The notes: generated by a model not told the origin, from the sequence alone. A stretch of 64,000 nt of DNA from Armatimonadota bacterium (GCA_016235455.1 JACRKZ010000073.1:14175-78174), one strand, 5' to 3'. Positions 1 to 11,866 are shown, counted from the first letter of the stretch. Translations and numbers: made by a program.

Positions 1-2079
<2,079 letters not shown>

Positions 2080-2101
2080 GCCTCTCGTCATCTGATGGTC
2101 C

Positions 2102-2141
2102 AACGGCGAGCGTTCCGCGATGGTCGGAGCGCTCGCCGTTT
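2102..2141 (+). terminator. Stem-loop after rpoC, probable intrinsic terminator
   Basis: AACGGCGAGCGTTCCG ... CGGAGCGCTCGCCGTT inverted repeat with only a short T run. Confidence 0.55.
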
Positions 2142-2161
2142 GGTGACCGGCGCCGGCCGCC

Positions 2162-2191
2162 TTGACCGCGACGCGGACCGCGGCGTACCAT
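2162..2191 (+). promoter_or_regulatory. sigma70-type promoter for tRNA/purA
   Basis: TTGACC-18 bp-TACCAT ending 10 bp before the tRNA 5' end. Confidence 0.6.
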
Positions 2192-2201
2192 GGTCGGCGG
2201 C

Positions 2202-2274
2202 GGGCCCATAGCTCAATGGTCAGAGCAGCCGGCTCATAACCGGTTGGTTACAGGTTCGAATCCTGTTGGGCCCA
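2202..2274 (+). tRNA. tRNA-Ile2 (CAT anticodon, lysidine type); CCA not encoded
   Basis: Cloverleaf: GGGCCCA/TGGGCCC acceptor stem, GCTC/GAGC D-stem, GCCGG-CTCATAA-CCGGT anticodon arm, TTCGAAT T-loop. The 1-72 pair is intact and the initiator GGG/CCC anticodon stem is absent; overall resembles Ile2 more than elongator Met. Confidence 0.85.
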
Positions 2275-2351
2275 TGGCAGGCGCTGTCGTCCGGGCCGGT
2301 CGACAGGTGGATTGCAGGCAGTCGGTCGTTTCGCATTCGGAGCGTATTCCC

Positions 2352-3629
2352 ATGTCAGTGAAGGCAGTTGTTGGCGCCCAGTGGGGCGACGAGGGTAAGG
2401 GTCGCGTGGTCGACCTGCTGGCGCAAGAGGCGGACGTCATCGTGCGCTTCCAGGGCGGCAGCAATGCCGGGCACACGGTCATCAACGAGCATGGCAAGTT
2501 CGCGCTCCACCTCATTCCGTCGGGCATCTTCAACCCCGGGGCCTGGAACCTGCTGGGCGCCGGCACGGCCGTCAACCCCGGCGAGCTGTTGGCGGAGATG
2601 GACCATCTGGCCGAGGCCGGTGTCAAGCTCGATCGGCTCATCATCTCCGAGCGTGCGCATGTGGTCATGCCTTACCACCAGGTGCTCGACGGTCTCGACG
2701 AGGCCAAGCGCAGCAAGGGCGGCTCGGCCATCGGCACCACCAAGAAGGGCATCGGCCCCTGCTACACCGACAAGGCGGGCCGCATCGGCCTGCAGGTGGG
2801 CGACCTGCTTGACCGCGACTGGCTGGCCAAGCGCGTCGTCGAACTCGTCGCGGCCAAGAATGAGCTGATCACCCGCATCTACGAGGCCGAGCCGATGGAT
2901 GCCGAGCAGGTGCTGGAGACGGTCTGGGCGCAGGCTCAGCGGCTGCGGCCGCACATCGGCGACACGCTGGAGGTGCTCGATACGGCGGTGGCCGCCGACC
3001 AGCACATTCTGCTCGAAGGCCAACTCGGCGCGCTGCGGGATTTGGACTGGGGCACCTACCCGTATGTCACCTCGTCTTCGCCCACGGCCGGCGGTGCCGC
3101 GGCGGGTGCTGGCTTGCCGCCGTACCTGATCACGTCCGTGGTCGGCGTGGCCAAGGCCTACACCACGGCCGTCGGCGCGGGTCCGTTCCCCACCGAGTTG
3201 GAGGACGAGGTTGGCCAGCGGCTGCGCGAGGTGGGCGGTGAGTATGGGGCCACCACCGGTCGGCCCCGTCGTTGTGGCTGGTTCGATGCGGTGGCTGTAC
3301 GCCACGCCGCGCGACTGAGCGGCTTCACCGAGCTGGCTCTGACCAAGCTCGATGTGCTCGACGACTTCGGTGAGATCGGCATCTGCACCGGCTATCTGCT
3401 CGATGGCGAGCCCATCTCGCGCGTGCCGCTGACCCGGCAGCTTGAGCGGGTGACGCCCGTCTACGAGACGATGCCCGGCTGGCAGAGGCCGACCGTGGAC
3501 TGCCGCGTATTCGCGGACCTGCCGGCGGCGGCACAGCGGTATGTGGAACGGCTGGAGGAGATCTGCGCCGTGCCGATCCGCCAGATCAGTGTCGGCGCCG
3601 AGCGCGCGGCCATGGTCGAACGAGGGTAG
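2352..3629 (+). CDS. purA: Adenylosuccinate synthetase
   Basis: GAQWGDEGKG, GGSNAGHT, IGTTKKGIGP, GTYPYVTSS, EYGATTGRPRRCGWFD, TKLDVLD. Confidence 0.97.
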   Translation: MSVKAVVGAQWGDEGKGRVVDLLAQEADVIVRFQGGSNAGHTVINEHGKFALHLIPSGIFNPGAWNLLGAGTAVNPGELLAEMDHLAEAGVKLDRLIISERAHVVMPYHQVLDGLDEAKRSKGGSAIGTTKKGIGPCYTDKAGRIGLQVGDLLDRDWLAKRVVELVAAKNELITRIYEAEPMDAEQVLETVWAQAQRLRPHIGDTLEVLDTAVAADQHILLEGQLGALRDLDWGTYPYVTSSSPTAGGAAAGAGLPPYLITSVVGVAKAYTTAVGAGPFPTELEDEVGQRLREVGGEYGATTGRPRRCGWFDAVAVRHAARLSGFTELALTKLDVLDDFGEIGICTGYLLDGEPISRVPLTRQLERVTPVYETMPGWQRPTVDCRVFADLPAAAQRYVERLEEICAVPIRQISVGAERAAMVERG

Positions 3630-3633
3630 GGCG

Positions 3634-5463
3634 TCAGTCGCCGACCGCCGACAGCGGCGTTGGCCCTTCGTCGGGCTCGAGCGAGTTGCGCACGACGCGT
3701 GTGGTGACGCCCATGTCACGGCAGGCGCGGCGGATGCGCTCCCAGGCTTCTCTTGGGTAGGTGTCGTCGATCAGCAGCACTTCGCTGACCGCCTTGCCAT
3801 CGACCAGTTCGCGGATGTCGTGGCTGGTGCCCACCACCGGCACGCCCATCATGCGCAGGCCGACCGTGGACTCCTCTTCGCAGATGAGTCCGGTCGGGCG
3901 GATGCCCCACTGCCGCGTCATCAGCAGCCGTCGCAAGGCCGGCTCGGCACGATCGCTGGCGCCGACCAGCAGCACCGGACGATGGTCGGTCGCGACACTC
4001 CGCAGTCGGTCGCGCATGAGGCGCAGACTGATGCGCGTGCCCGCGAGCAGGTTGAACTGCACCAGGGCGTTGATCAGCAGCACCGAGCGCGAGTTCATCA
4101 TGCTGCGACCGGTGATGGCCAGCGCCAGCACGCAGAAGCCGGTACCCATGGCCACGGCCATGAGGAAGCGGGGCAGGTCTGGCGCACTCGTGTAGCGCCA
4201 GATGCCGCGGTACACCCCGGCGATGAAGTACGCGGACAGATGCGTCGCCAGCACCAGTGGCATGGCGCCGCCGAAGCTGGCCAGCACTTCGGGCCTGGCC
4301 AGGTCGCCCTCGAAGCGCAGCACATAGGCGATGTACAGCCCCAGGGCGATGGCCGTGGTGTCGAACAGCACTTCGCCGATGCGGCGTCGATAGCGGTGCT
4401 GCGCCAGGAGCGGGATGGGCGTCTGGTTCAACAACTCGGTGAGGCTGGCGGTCTCGTCGTAGACCCGCACGCGCAGCAGGTACCAGGCCAGCAGGCCGAC
4501 GAGCAGCAGCATCGTCGGCAGCAGCACCGAGGCCAGCCACCACTCCAGGTAGAGTACCGCCAGCGCCGAGGCGCCACCCACGGCGCTCACGGCGCACAGC
4601 AGGCGCACTGCCGCGGGCTCACTCATGCCGATGGCCACCAGGCGGTGACTGCTGTGATCGCGGCCGCCCTGGCTGATGGGCCGGCCGAACCACTTGCGGC
4701 TGACCGTGACGAGGCCCGTATCCATCAGCGGGATGAGCATGACCAACGTCGGCAGCGCAACGATGCTCAGGACGCTCCGTTGGCCGGTGGCGCCGGGCAC
4801 GAGCAGCGTGGCGCCAGCCAGGAAATGGCCGATGAACAGGCTGCCGCAGTCGCCCATGAAGACCGATGCCGGGTAGCGGTTGTAGCGCAGGTAGCCCAGG
4901 CAGGCGCCGCCCATGGCCGCGCTGAGCGCGGCACCGACGGGGTCGCCGGTCTTGAGGCCGATGGCCGCCAGACAGAAGGAGGCGACGCAGGCGATACCGG
5001 CGCACAGCCCATCCATGTTGTCCAACAGGTTGAAGGCGTTGCCGACGAAGACGATCCAGAAGATGGTCAGCAACTGATCAAGCAGGCGCAGCCCGTCGCC
5101 CGGCAGCCCAAAGCGCAGGCCGGACTGCACCAGGATGGTGGCGGCCACGACCTGGCTGATGAGCTTGGTGTGGGGCTTGACGCTGATGCGGTCGTCGACG
5201 GCACCGACAGCGAACATGAGCAGACTCGACCCGAGCAGAGCCAGCGCGCGATGGTCGAAACGGCCGACCAGGGCGCAGGACGCGACGGTCACGCTGGCCA
5301 CGATGGAGACGCCGCCCATCAGCGCCACCGTGCGCTTGCTCCAGCGGTCGGCCCGCGGGTAGCACACCCAGCCACGACGAAGCGCATGGCCGCGAACCAT
5401 GGGTGTGAAGACCAGAGCCAGGACCAGCGCGAGCAGCCCGGTTACCAGGGGCATGTGCATCAC
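3634..5463 (-). CDS. MraY/WecA-family glycosyl-1-phosphate transferase fused to a CapD/PglF-type N-terminal membrane region and Rossmann-like domain
   Basis: GAVDD, NAFNLLDNMDGL, FMGDCG, GRDHSSHRL; C-terminal AYVLRF, GVYRGIWRYTS and GVPVVG segments. Confidence 0.85.
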   Translation of the reverse strand: MMHMPLVTGLLALVLALVFTPMVRGHALRRGWVCYPRADRWSKRTVALMGGVSIVASVTVASCALVGRFDHRALALLGSSLLMFAVGAVDDRISVKPHTKLISQVVAATILVQSGLRFGLPGDGLRLLDQLLTIFWIVFVGNAFNLLDNMDGLCAGIACVASFCLAAIGLKTGDPVGAALSAAMGGACLGYLRYNRYPASVFMGDCGSLFIGHFLAGATLLVPGATGQRSVLSIVALPTLVMLIPLMDTGLVTVSRKWFGRPISQGGRDHSSHRLVAIGMSEPAAVRLLCAVSAVGGASALAVLYLEWWLASVLLPTMLLLVGLLAWYLLRVRVYDETASLTELLNQTPIPLLAQHRYRRRIGEVLFDTTAIALGLYIAYVLRFEGDLARPEVLASFGGAMPLVLATHLSAYFIAGVYRGIWRYTSAPDLPRFLMAVAMGTGFCVLALAITGRSMMNSRSVLLINALVQFNLLAGTRISLRLMRDRLRSVATDHRPVLLVGASDRAEPALRRLLMTRQWGIRPTGLICEEESTVGLRMMGVPVVGTSHDIRELVDGKAVSEVLLIDDTYPREAWERIRRACRDMGVTTRVVRNSLEPDEGPTPLSAVGD

Positions 5464-5481
5464 ATACCTGCCTCGCCCGCG

Positions 5482-6459
5482 CTACCGCGGTGCGTCTGGA
5501 GTCTGCCGGTAGTATGCGACCACTTTGTCAATAATGCTATCGAGATCCACGGTAGGCGTGTAACCAATGTATTGCCGGGCCTTGTCGAGGCAGGGCACGC
5601 GGCGTTGCATGTCTTCGAACCCACTAGAGAACACTTCCTCGTACGGGACGAAGCGGATACGGCTGCTGCTGCCCGTGCGCTCGATGACGCGCCGTGCCAG
5701 GTCGGCGATAGTGACTTCTTCGTCGTTGCCCAGGTTGAACACCTGGCCCATGGCGCGCGGCTCGGCCATGAGGGCCAACATGCCACCGACCACGTCGCCG
5801 ACGTACCCGAAGCAGCGCGCCTGCTGGCCGTTGCCGTGGACGATGAGATCGTCGCCGGCCAGGGCCGAGCGCACGAAGTTGGGCAGGACCATGCCGTAGC
5901 GGCCGCGCTGGCGCGGCCCGACGGTGTTGAAGAAGCGGGTCACCACGACCGGCAGACCGCGCTCGGCGTGGTAGGCCAGGGCCAGGAACTCGTCCACCAT
6001 CTTGGCGCAGCCGTAGGCCCAGCGGCTCTTGGTGGTCGGTCCCAGCACCGAGGCGTCATCCTCGTGGAAGGGCACGGCTTCGAGCTTGCCGTAGACCTCC
6101 GAGGTCGACGCCAGAAGGGTGCGCTTGTGGTGCTTGGCGCACAAACTGAGCACCACCTCGGTGCCGAGGATGTTGGTGGCCAGTGTCTTGACCGGCTCCT
6201 CAACGATCAGCCTGACGCCGACGGCCGCGGCCAGGTGGTAGACCTGGTCGCTGGCGCGCACTTCGCGCTCGACCGCTGCCTCATCGGTGATCTCGGTCAC
6301 CACGAGGCGGAAATTCTCGTGCTCGACATACGGCAGGACATTGCGGTACGAGCCCGTGGCCAGATTGTCCAGGACACAGACCTCGTCTCCGCGGTCAAGC
6401 AAGCTGCTGACGAGGTGTGAACCGATGAAACCCGCACCACCGGTGATCAGGACCTTCAC
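5482..6459 (-). CDS. NAD-dependent nucleotide-sugar epimerase/dehydratase (extended SDR)
   Basis: ITGGAGFIGSH, STSEVYG, YGCAK (YxxxK), RFFNTVGPRQ. Confidence 0.92.
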   Translation of the reverse strand: MKVLITGGAGFIGSHLVSSLLDRGDEVCVLDNLATGSYRNVLPYVEHENFRLVVTEITDEAAVEREVRASDQVYHLAAAVGVRLIVEEPVKTLATNILGTEVVLSLCAKHHKRTLLASTSEVYGKLEAVPFHEDDASVLGPTTKSRWAYGCAKMVDEFLALAYHAERGLPVVVTRFFNTVGPRQRGRYGMVLPNFVRSALAGDDLIVHGNGQQARCFGYVGDVVGGMLALMAEPRAMGQVFNLGNDEEVTIADLARRVIERTGSSSRIRFVPYEEVFSSGFEDMQRRVPCLDKARQYIGYTPTVDLDSIIDKVVAYYRQTPDAPR

Positions 6460-6568
6460 TACGTTGCCCTTCCTTCTGTCGTGCCTGACCAGCCGCCAGC
6501 CCGCCGGGGCGTCGGCTGCTCAGAACCATCTGGACCCGCTCCAAGTCTAGGCCGCATGGGCGGCGGCG

Positions 6569-7846
6569 TCAAGCCGCGCCGGGCGGCTCGGGACGTGGTT
6601 CGTCGGTCAAAGGCGGGGCCAGTTCGGTCAGTTGGGCCACGAGCCGGCGCACTCGCTCGCGCAGCGCCTGGGTGACGCGCACCACACAGCCGCGCTTGTC
6701 GGCGGCGTAGTCGTCCGCCCAGTCGCTCAGCGCCACCGGCTCGCCGACCCGCACGTGGGCGTCACGCCGCGCGTAGCAGCGCACGCGGCCCGAGATCTCG
6801 CGGTCCAGGCGACCTAGGACGTCGAGGTAGCGCTCGGCCGACGGATGGGCGGCGACGTAGCCGTCGCGCACGGCCTGGAAGCACTGCAGCCGGCACAGAT
6901 CGCTCTCGAAGGCTCTCCAGGCCGGCTCGCGCTGCTGTTCGAGCGCGCGCTGGTGCGGGGTGCTGGGCGCCTTCGGTTCATAGAGGCGCTCCTCGACCAC
7001 GCCGAACAGGCGCCGCAGCCGGTCCTGCAAGGTGCCGTCGGTCGGCAGTTCGACCTCGCTGGTGCGGCTCAGCTTGGCCAGGGCGTTGGTGTACCAGCGG
7101 TCGAGTCGCTCATCGAGCGACAGGTCGCCGCCGCCGGGCAGGCCCATGGACTGCTCCATGTTGGCCAACGCCGCGAGCCCCAGGCGCCGCAGGCGCTGGT
7201 AGCGGCCGAGCGAGCGGTCGACGGTCAGGCCGACCTGGTCTTCGAGCCGTGCCAGCACGGCCTCAATGGTGGCCCGCATATCGGGCTGATAGATGTACTT
7301 GACGGCCACGGGGACGAGCAGAACCTCGCCGTCCAGGTGGGCCTTGAGGCGGTCGCCGCGACCCCAGAAGGCCATCTGCGCGACGCCCTCGTGGAAGGGC
7401 AGCAGCGCGTCGTTGACGCCGTAGGTCTCGCCTTCGGGGAACATGACGATCTGCCGACCCTCGACCAACAGCCGGCGCGTGCAGGCAAACGACTCGCGGT
7501 CGGCGGTACCACGCCGCAGACTGTAGGCGCCGGCGCCTTGCAGGATCGGCCGGAGCAAGCCGGTCATGCGCAGCACCCGCCGGTCCATGACATACTGAGC
7601 GCGCAAGCCGAGCCGGTCAATCACGTCCCACACGGCGGTCGGCTCGGCCAGACTGGGGTGGTTAGGGCAGACGATGCCGGGCCGAGCGAAGGCCGCACGC
7701 AGCCGAGCGGCATCGTCGCTGGGCAGGAGCACCTTGTCGACGCGGGCCCAGTAGCGCCGCACCAAAGGCATGCCGAACGCCACCAGCCGATGGCTGATGG
7801 CGTCGTTGCGCGGCGGGTAGAACTTGGGCGCCGGTGTCTGGCTCAT
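6569..7846 (-). CDS. Phospholipid/glycerol acyltransferase (PlsC-like)
   Basis: NHPSLAEP block I, GAYSLRRG, FPEGE block, LVPVAVKY. Confidence 0.85.
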   Translation of the reverse strand: MSQTPAPKFYPPRNDAISHRLVAFGMPLVRRYWARVDKVLLPSDDAARLRAAFARPGIVCPNHPSLAEPTAVWDVIDRLGLRAQYVMDRRVLRMTGLLRPILQGAGAYSLRRGTADRESFACTRRLLVEGRQIVMFPEGETYGVNDALLPFHEGVAQMAFWGRGDRLKAHLDGEVLLVPVAVKYIYQPDMRATIEAVLARLEDQVGLTVDRSLGRYQRLRRLGLAALANMEQSMGLPGGGDLSLDERLDRWYTNALAKLSRTSEVELPTDGTLQDRLRRLFGVVEERLYEPKAPSTPHQRALEQQREPAWRAFESDLCRLQCFQAVRDGYVAAHPSAERYLDVLGRLDREISGRVRCYARRDAHVRVGEPVALSDWADDYAADKRGCVVRVTQALRERVRRLVAQLTELAPPLTDEPRPEPPGAA

Positions 7847-7912
7847 GGCTCGCTTCGCATTCTGGCACAAAGATGACATGCCTCGGGCTGACCTGCTGCT
7901 CATACTTGGCAT

Positions 7913-8926
7913 ATGACCAGCTTCGAACTAAGCATCCGTGTGGTTGTGCAGCAGCCCTGGGAAGGCGACCTGCGCCTGACGCTGGCTGGCTGGCCCGGCC
8001 AGGTGACGTATGGCGGCCGCCCGCCGCAGGCCCGTGGTTCGGCGGCGATGCAGCCGATCCTTCTGCTCACCGACGATGCTCGCCTCGGCGGGTCCGCCGC
8101 GTGCGTGTGGCTGGGCCTCGGTGCAACGCAGGACGAACTGGTCGCGCACCGTGCCGCTGGCGCCGACGACGTCATGCTGCTGCCGGCGCCGGCCGATGTC
8201 GTGCTCGCCCGGCTGACCGTGCTGGGCCGGCTGGCCGAGGCCCGCGCTTGTTGCCACGTGGCCGAGGATCTGCTCACGGCATTGGCGCATGATGCCCGCC
8301 TGCCGCTGTTCAGTCTGCGCGGCTATGCCGGGCTGCTACGCGACGGTAGCCTGGGCTTGCTCGGCCCGGACCAGGCGCGGGCGGTCGACAGCATTCTGGG
8401 CGCCACGGCGCGTGTCGAGCGGCTACTGGCCGACGGCCTCGATCTGGCCCGCAGCCACGCCGGCGCCCTTGCGCCAGCCATGGCCAAGGTCGATCTGCGC
8501 GTACCGCTGGCCGCCGCTGTGTCCACGCTGGAGGGCCTGGCCCGAGCCGGCACCATCGCCGTCGAGACCGCTGGGCCATCCGGACCGGTGTGGGTCAAGG
8601 GCGACGAGACGCGCCTGGAGCGGGCGCTGGCCAACGTGGTCGCCAACGCCATTCAGCACTCGCCCGGCGGCGGTCGTGTGACGGTCGAGTTGAGTGCCGG
8701 CGAGGGCTGGGCGACAGTCGTGGTCAGTGATCAGGGCAAGGGTCTGGCCCTGGAAGATCGCCCCCATCTCTTCCGCCGCGGCTACCGTACTCGCAGCGGC
8801 TCACTGGTGCTGGGGCTGAGCCTGGTGCGCGAGCTGGTCGAGCTGCACGGCGGGGCCGTGGAGGCCGGCGGCGAGCCCGGCCGAGGCGCGCGTTTCGAGC
8901 TTCGGCTGCCGCTCGCGGCGGGTTGA
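7913..8926 (+). CDS. Cytoplasmic sensor histidine kinase with degenerate receiver-like N-terminus
   Basis: AGADD receiver remnant; AHDARLPL H-box; NVVANAIQHS N-box; DQGKG G1; LGLSLV G2; FELRLP. Confidence 0.8.
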   Translation: MTSFELSIRVVVQQPWEGDLRLTLAGWPGQVTYGGRPPQARGSAAMQPILLLTDDARLGGSAACVWLGLGATQDELVAHRAAGADDVMLLPAPADVVLARLTVLGRLAEARACCHVAEDLLTALAHDARLPLFSLRGYAGLLRDGSLGLLGPDQARAVDSILGATARVERLLADGLDLARSHAGALAPAMAKVDLRVPLAAAVSTLEGLARAGTIAVETAGPSGPVWVKGDETRLERALANVVANAIQHSPGGGRVTVELSAGEGWATVVVSDQGKGLALEDRPHLFRRGYRTRSGSLVLGLSLVRELVELHGGAVEAGGEPGRGARFELRLPLAAG

Positions 8927-8951
8927 CAAGCGCGCTCTCCGCCGGTACCAT
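8923..8951 (+). promoter_or_regulatory. sigma70 promoter of the rpsB-tsf operon
   Basis: TTGACA-17 bp-TACCAT. Confidence 0.75.
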
Positions 8952-8980
8952 GGGACGGCTCTCGGCAGACGAGAGCAACT

Positions 8981-9093
8981 ACACACCCGTGGCCCATGGC
9001 GGTCGTGGTGCCGCGCGGAGCGCCGCGCGGTGCGACCGGCAAAGCGAGACACAGGCGCCCTGGCGCGGTCCTTGGTCACGGGGAGGATGAACC
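8981..9093 (+). promoter_or_regulatory. rpsB 5' leader (S2 autoregulatory, t44-like structure)
   Basis: ACACAC-CCGTGGCC ... GGTGCC ... GGTCACGG-GGAGG ... AACC pattern typical of rpsB leaders, lying between the promoter and the rpsB start. Confidence 0.65.
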
Positions 9094-9104
9094 GAGGAGA
9101 CCTC

Positions 9105-10124
9105 ATGGCTCGCGTTTCGATGAAAGACCTGCTCGAAGCCGGTGTGCATTTCGGGCATCTCACCCGCCGCTGGAACCCCAAGATGAAGCCGTACATCTAC
9201 GGGGAGCGCAACGGTATCTACATTGTTGACCTGCACCAGACGCTCAAGGGCGTGGAGTCGGCGTGCGACTTCATCGAGAGCACGGTCAAGTCGGGCGGCT
9301 CGGTGCTGTTCGTGGGCACCAAGAAGCAGGCCCAGGACGCCATGGCCCAAGCGGCTCGGCAGTGCGGCATGTTCCATGTCACCCACCGCTGGCTGGGCGG
9401 CATGATGACCAACTTCCAGACCATCCGCGAGAGCATCCATCGCCTGAAGATGCTCAAGGAGATGGAGCGGTCTGGCGCCATGGCGCGCCGACCCAAGAAG
9501 GAAGCGGCGGGCCTGCGCGAAGAGAGCGCCAAGCTCGAGCGCGTGCTCGGCGGTATCGAGGACATGCCCGGCATGCCGTCGGTGCTGTTCGTCGTCGACC
9601 TCAAGGAAGAGCACATCGCCATCAAGGAAGCGCGCAAGCTGCGCATCCCCGTGGTGGCCGTGGTCGACACCAACTGCGATCCCGAGGATGCCGACTATGT
9701 CATCCCCGGCAACGACGACGCCATCCGCGCCATCAAGCTGATTGCCCAGACCGTGGCCGAGACCGTGGTGCAGGCCTGCCTCGAGCGCGACAAGTCGCTG
9801 TCCGAAGGCGTCGTTCGCGCCAACGCGGTGGACATGGTCCGCAAGCATCGCGAGAGCATCGACCCGCGCCTGCGAGGCATCACCGAGCCTGAGTCCGAGG
9901 TCGCCGCGCCGGTGACCGAAGCGGCCGCCGAAGAGGCCGCCGTGGCGGCCATCATCGAGGCCGACGATGTCACGTTCGTGGCCGAGGAAGCGGTGGAGGA
10001 GGCCCCGGTGGTCGTGGCTGAGCCCGCGGCCGCCGTGGTGGACGCGGCGCCCGTCGTCGTCGAAGCCGCGCCCGTCGTCGCCGAGGCGGCGCCGGCCGCC
10101 GACGGCGATGCGGCCGCCGAGTGA
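9105..10124 (+). CDS. rpsB: 30S ribosomal protein S2 with Ala/Glu/Val-rich C-terminal extension
   Basis: LLEAGVHFGH, RRWNPKM, RWLGGMMTNF, VDTNCDP, IPGNDDAIRAI; GAGGAG RBS. Confidence 0.98.
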   Translation: MARVSMKDLLEAGVHFGHLTRRWNPKMKPYIYGERNGIYIVDLHQTLKGVESACDFIESTVKSGGSVLFVGTKKQAQDAMAQAARQCGMFHVTHRWLGGMMTNFQTIRESIHRLKMLKEMERSGAMARRPKKEAAGLREESAKLERVLGGIEDMPGMPSVLFVVDLKEEHIAIKEARKLRIPVVAVVDTNCDPEDADYVIPGNDDAIRAIKLIAQTVAETVVQACLERDKSLSEGVVRANAVDMVRKHRESIDPRLRGITEPESEVAAPVTEAAAEEAAVAAIIEADDVTFVAEEAVEEAPVVVAEPAAAVVDAAPVVVEAAPVVAEAAPAADGDAAAE

Positions 10125-10196
10125 TTCTGACCGTGGTGTTGTTTGACTGCTGGGCCCGGCTCTGCCGGGCCGCAGCCTGCTTGTGAGGATGGAAAC

Positions 10197-11054
10197 ATGG
10201 CCATCACGGCAAAAGAGGTTCAGGCCCTGCGCGAATTGACCGGGGCTGGCATGATGGACTGCAAGCGCGCGCTGACCGAGGCGGAAGGCGACCTGCAAGC
10301 CGCCAAGGACATCCTGCGCCAGCGCGGTCAGGCCAAGGGCGCCAAGCGCGAAGGCAAGGCGACGGGCGAAGGTACCGTGGTCTACGCCGCCAAGGCCGAC
10401 GGCACGCAGATTCTGCTGCTCGAACTCAACTGCGAGACGGACTTCGTGGGCAAGAGCGACGACTTCCGCGCGCTGGCCCAGAAACTGGCCGACAAGGCGC
10501 TGGCCGAGAACGTCAGCGAGGCCGAGGCGGTGGGCGGCGACGAGTGGATCGACGAGGCCGTGTCGCGCCTCGGCGAGAAGATCCGCGTCGGTCGCGTCGT
10601 CAACTGGCAGATCGAGCAGCCCGGCGTGGCCGGCGTCTACGTGCATACGGCCACCGGCCGCGTGGCCGTGGCGGTGGAGCTGGGGCTGGCCGAGCCGGTC
10701 GGTGACAAGGCCGAGGTCGCCCTGGAGATCTGTCGCGAGCTTGGCATGCAGGCCACGGCCATGAAGCCGGTCTGCCTGGACCGCGCCGCGGTGCCGGCCG
10801 AGCTGGTCGAGCACGAGCGCGAAGTGCTGCGCGGCGCCGCCGACATGGCCAAGAAGCCGCCGCAGATCCAGGACAAGATCATCGACGGCCGCATGAGCAA
10901 GTTCTACTCCGAGATCTGCCTCATGGAGCAGACCTATGCTCGTGACAACACCAAGACCATGACGCAGTACGTGGCCGATACCGCCAAGGCCGCCGGCCTG
11001 GTCGCCACCGTGCGCCGCTACGAGCGCATCGAGGTCGGTCGCGGCGAGAGCTGA
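10197..11054 (+). CDS. tsf: Elongation factor Ts
   Basis: LRELTGAGMMDCKRAL, ELNCETDFV; synteny with rpsB. Confidence 0.97.
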   Translation: MAITAKEVQALRELTGAGMMDCKRALTEAEGDLQAAKDILRQRGQAKGAKREGKATGEGTVVYAAKADGTQILLLELNCETDFVGKSDDFRALAQKLADKALAENVSEAEAVGGDEWIDEAVSRLGEKIRVGRVVNWQIEQPGVAGVYVHTATGRVAVAVELGLAEPVGDKAEVALEICRELGMQATAMKPVCLDRAAVPAELVEHEREVLRGAADMAKKPPQIQDKIIDGRMSKFYSEICLMEQTYARDNTKTMTQYVADTAKAAGLVATVRRYERIEVGRGES

Positions 11055-11067
11055 TCGAGTCGCACGC

Positions 11068-11106
11068 AACGGGGTAGGTAGGGCGCTTGCCCGGCCTGCC
11101 CCGTTT
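11068..11106 (+). terminator. Stem-loop between tsf and pyrH
   Basis: AACGGGGTAGG ... CCTGCCCCGTT followed by TGT. Confidence 0.45.
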
Positions 11107-11137
11107 GTCTACCACGAGGTGTCTCGCGGGGAGTGCC

Positions 11138-11866
11138 ATGTCCGGGTTACGCTACAAAAGGGTTCTGCTCAAGCTCAGCGGCGAGGCCCTGATGGGCGAA
11201 CAGGACTATGGCATCGACTCCGAGTTGGTGTGCAACATCGCCGGGCACCTGCGTGAGGTGACCCAGCTTGGCGTGGAAGTGGCCATCGTCGTGGGTGGCG
11301 GCAACATCTTCCGCGGCATGCAGGGCATCAAGCTGGGTATCGACCGCGTCACCGGCGACCATATGGGCATGTTGGCGACGGTCATCAACGCTCTGGCGCT
11401 GGGTTCGGCGCTGCAGGCCGAGGGCGTCGAGGTGCGCGTGCAGACCGCCATCGAGATGCGCGAGGTGGCCGAGCCCTTCCTGGTCAAGCGTGCCCAGCGC
11501 CACCTGGAATACCAGCGCGTGGTGATCTTCGGCGCGGGCACGGGGCACCCGTTCTTCAGCACCGACACCGCCGCCGCGCTGCGCGCCGCCGAGATCCGGG
11601 CCGAGGCGCTGCTGATGGCCAAGAACGGCGTGGACGGTGTCTACACCGCCGACCCGCGCAGCGATGCGTCGGCCCGGCTGCTGCCTGAGCTCTCGTATGA
11701 GCAATTGCTCGAGCTCAAGGTCATGGATGCCACGGCCACGGCGTTGGCCCGTGATGTCGACATGCCCATCCATATCTTCAACTTTGCCAGTCCCGACAAC
11801 ATCCGCAGAATCTGCTGCGGAGAGACGGTTGGCAGTGTCATCAGGAGAGACCGCGATGCCGGATGA
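11138..11866 (+). CDS. pyrH: UMP kinase
   Basis: RVLLKLSGEAL, VGGGNIFRG, DHMGMLAT, PFFSTDTAAALRA. Confidence 0.97.
   Translation: MSGLRYKRVLLKLSGEALMGEQDYGIDSELVCNIAGHLREVTQLGVEVAIVVGGGNIFRGMQGIKLGIDRVTGDHMGMLATVINALALGSALQAEGVEVRVQTAIEMREVAEPFLVKRAQRHLEYQRVVIFGAGTGHPFFSTDTAAALRAAEIRAEALLMAKNGVDGVYTADPRSDASARLLPELSYEQLLELKVMDATATALARDVDMPIHIFNFASPDNIRRICCGETVGSVIRRDRDAG

Noticed and set aside
2202-2274. tRNA as an integration site for an island
   Set aside because: No integrase and no duplicated tRNA 3' end seen; flanked by core genes
2190-2351. N-terminal extension of the purA ORF
   Set aside because: It runs through the tRNA gene; PurA homology starts at ATG 2352
3541-6420. 959-aa plus-strand ORF and similar long ORFs (8979-11069, 15100-17511, 20443-22704, 23465-25837, 33617-36205)
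   Set aside because: Antisense shadows of well-supported genes, expected from high-GC codon bias; no recognisable motifs
9880-10124. Repeat-like low-complexity tail of S2
   Set aside because: Acidic Ala-rich S2 tails are common in many bacteria; not a DNA repeat array
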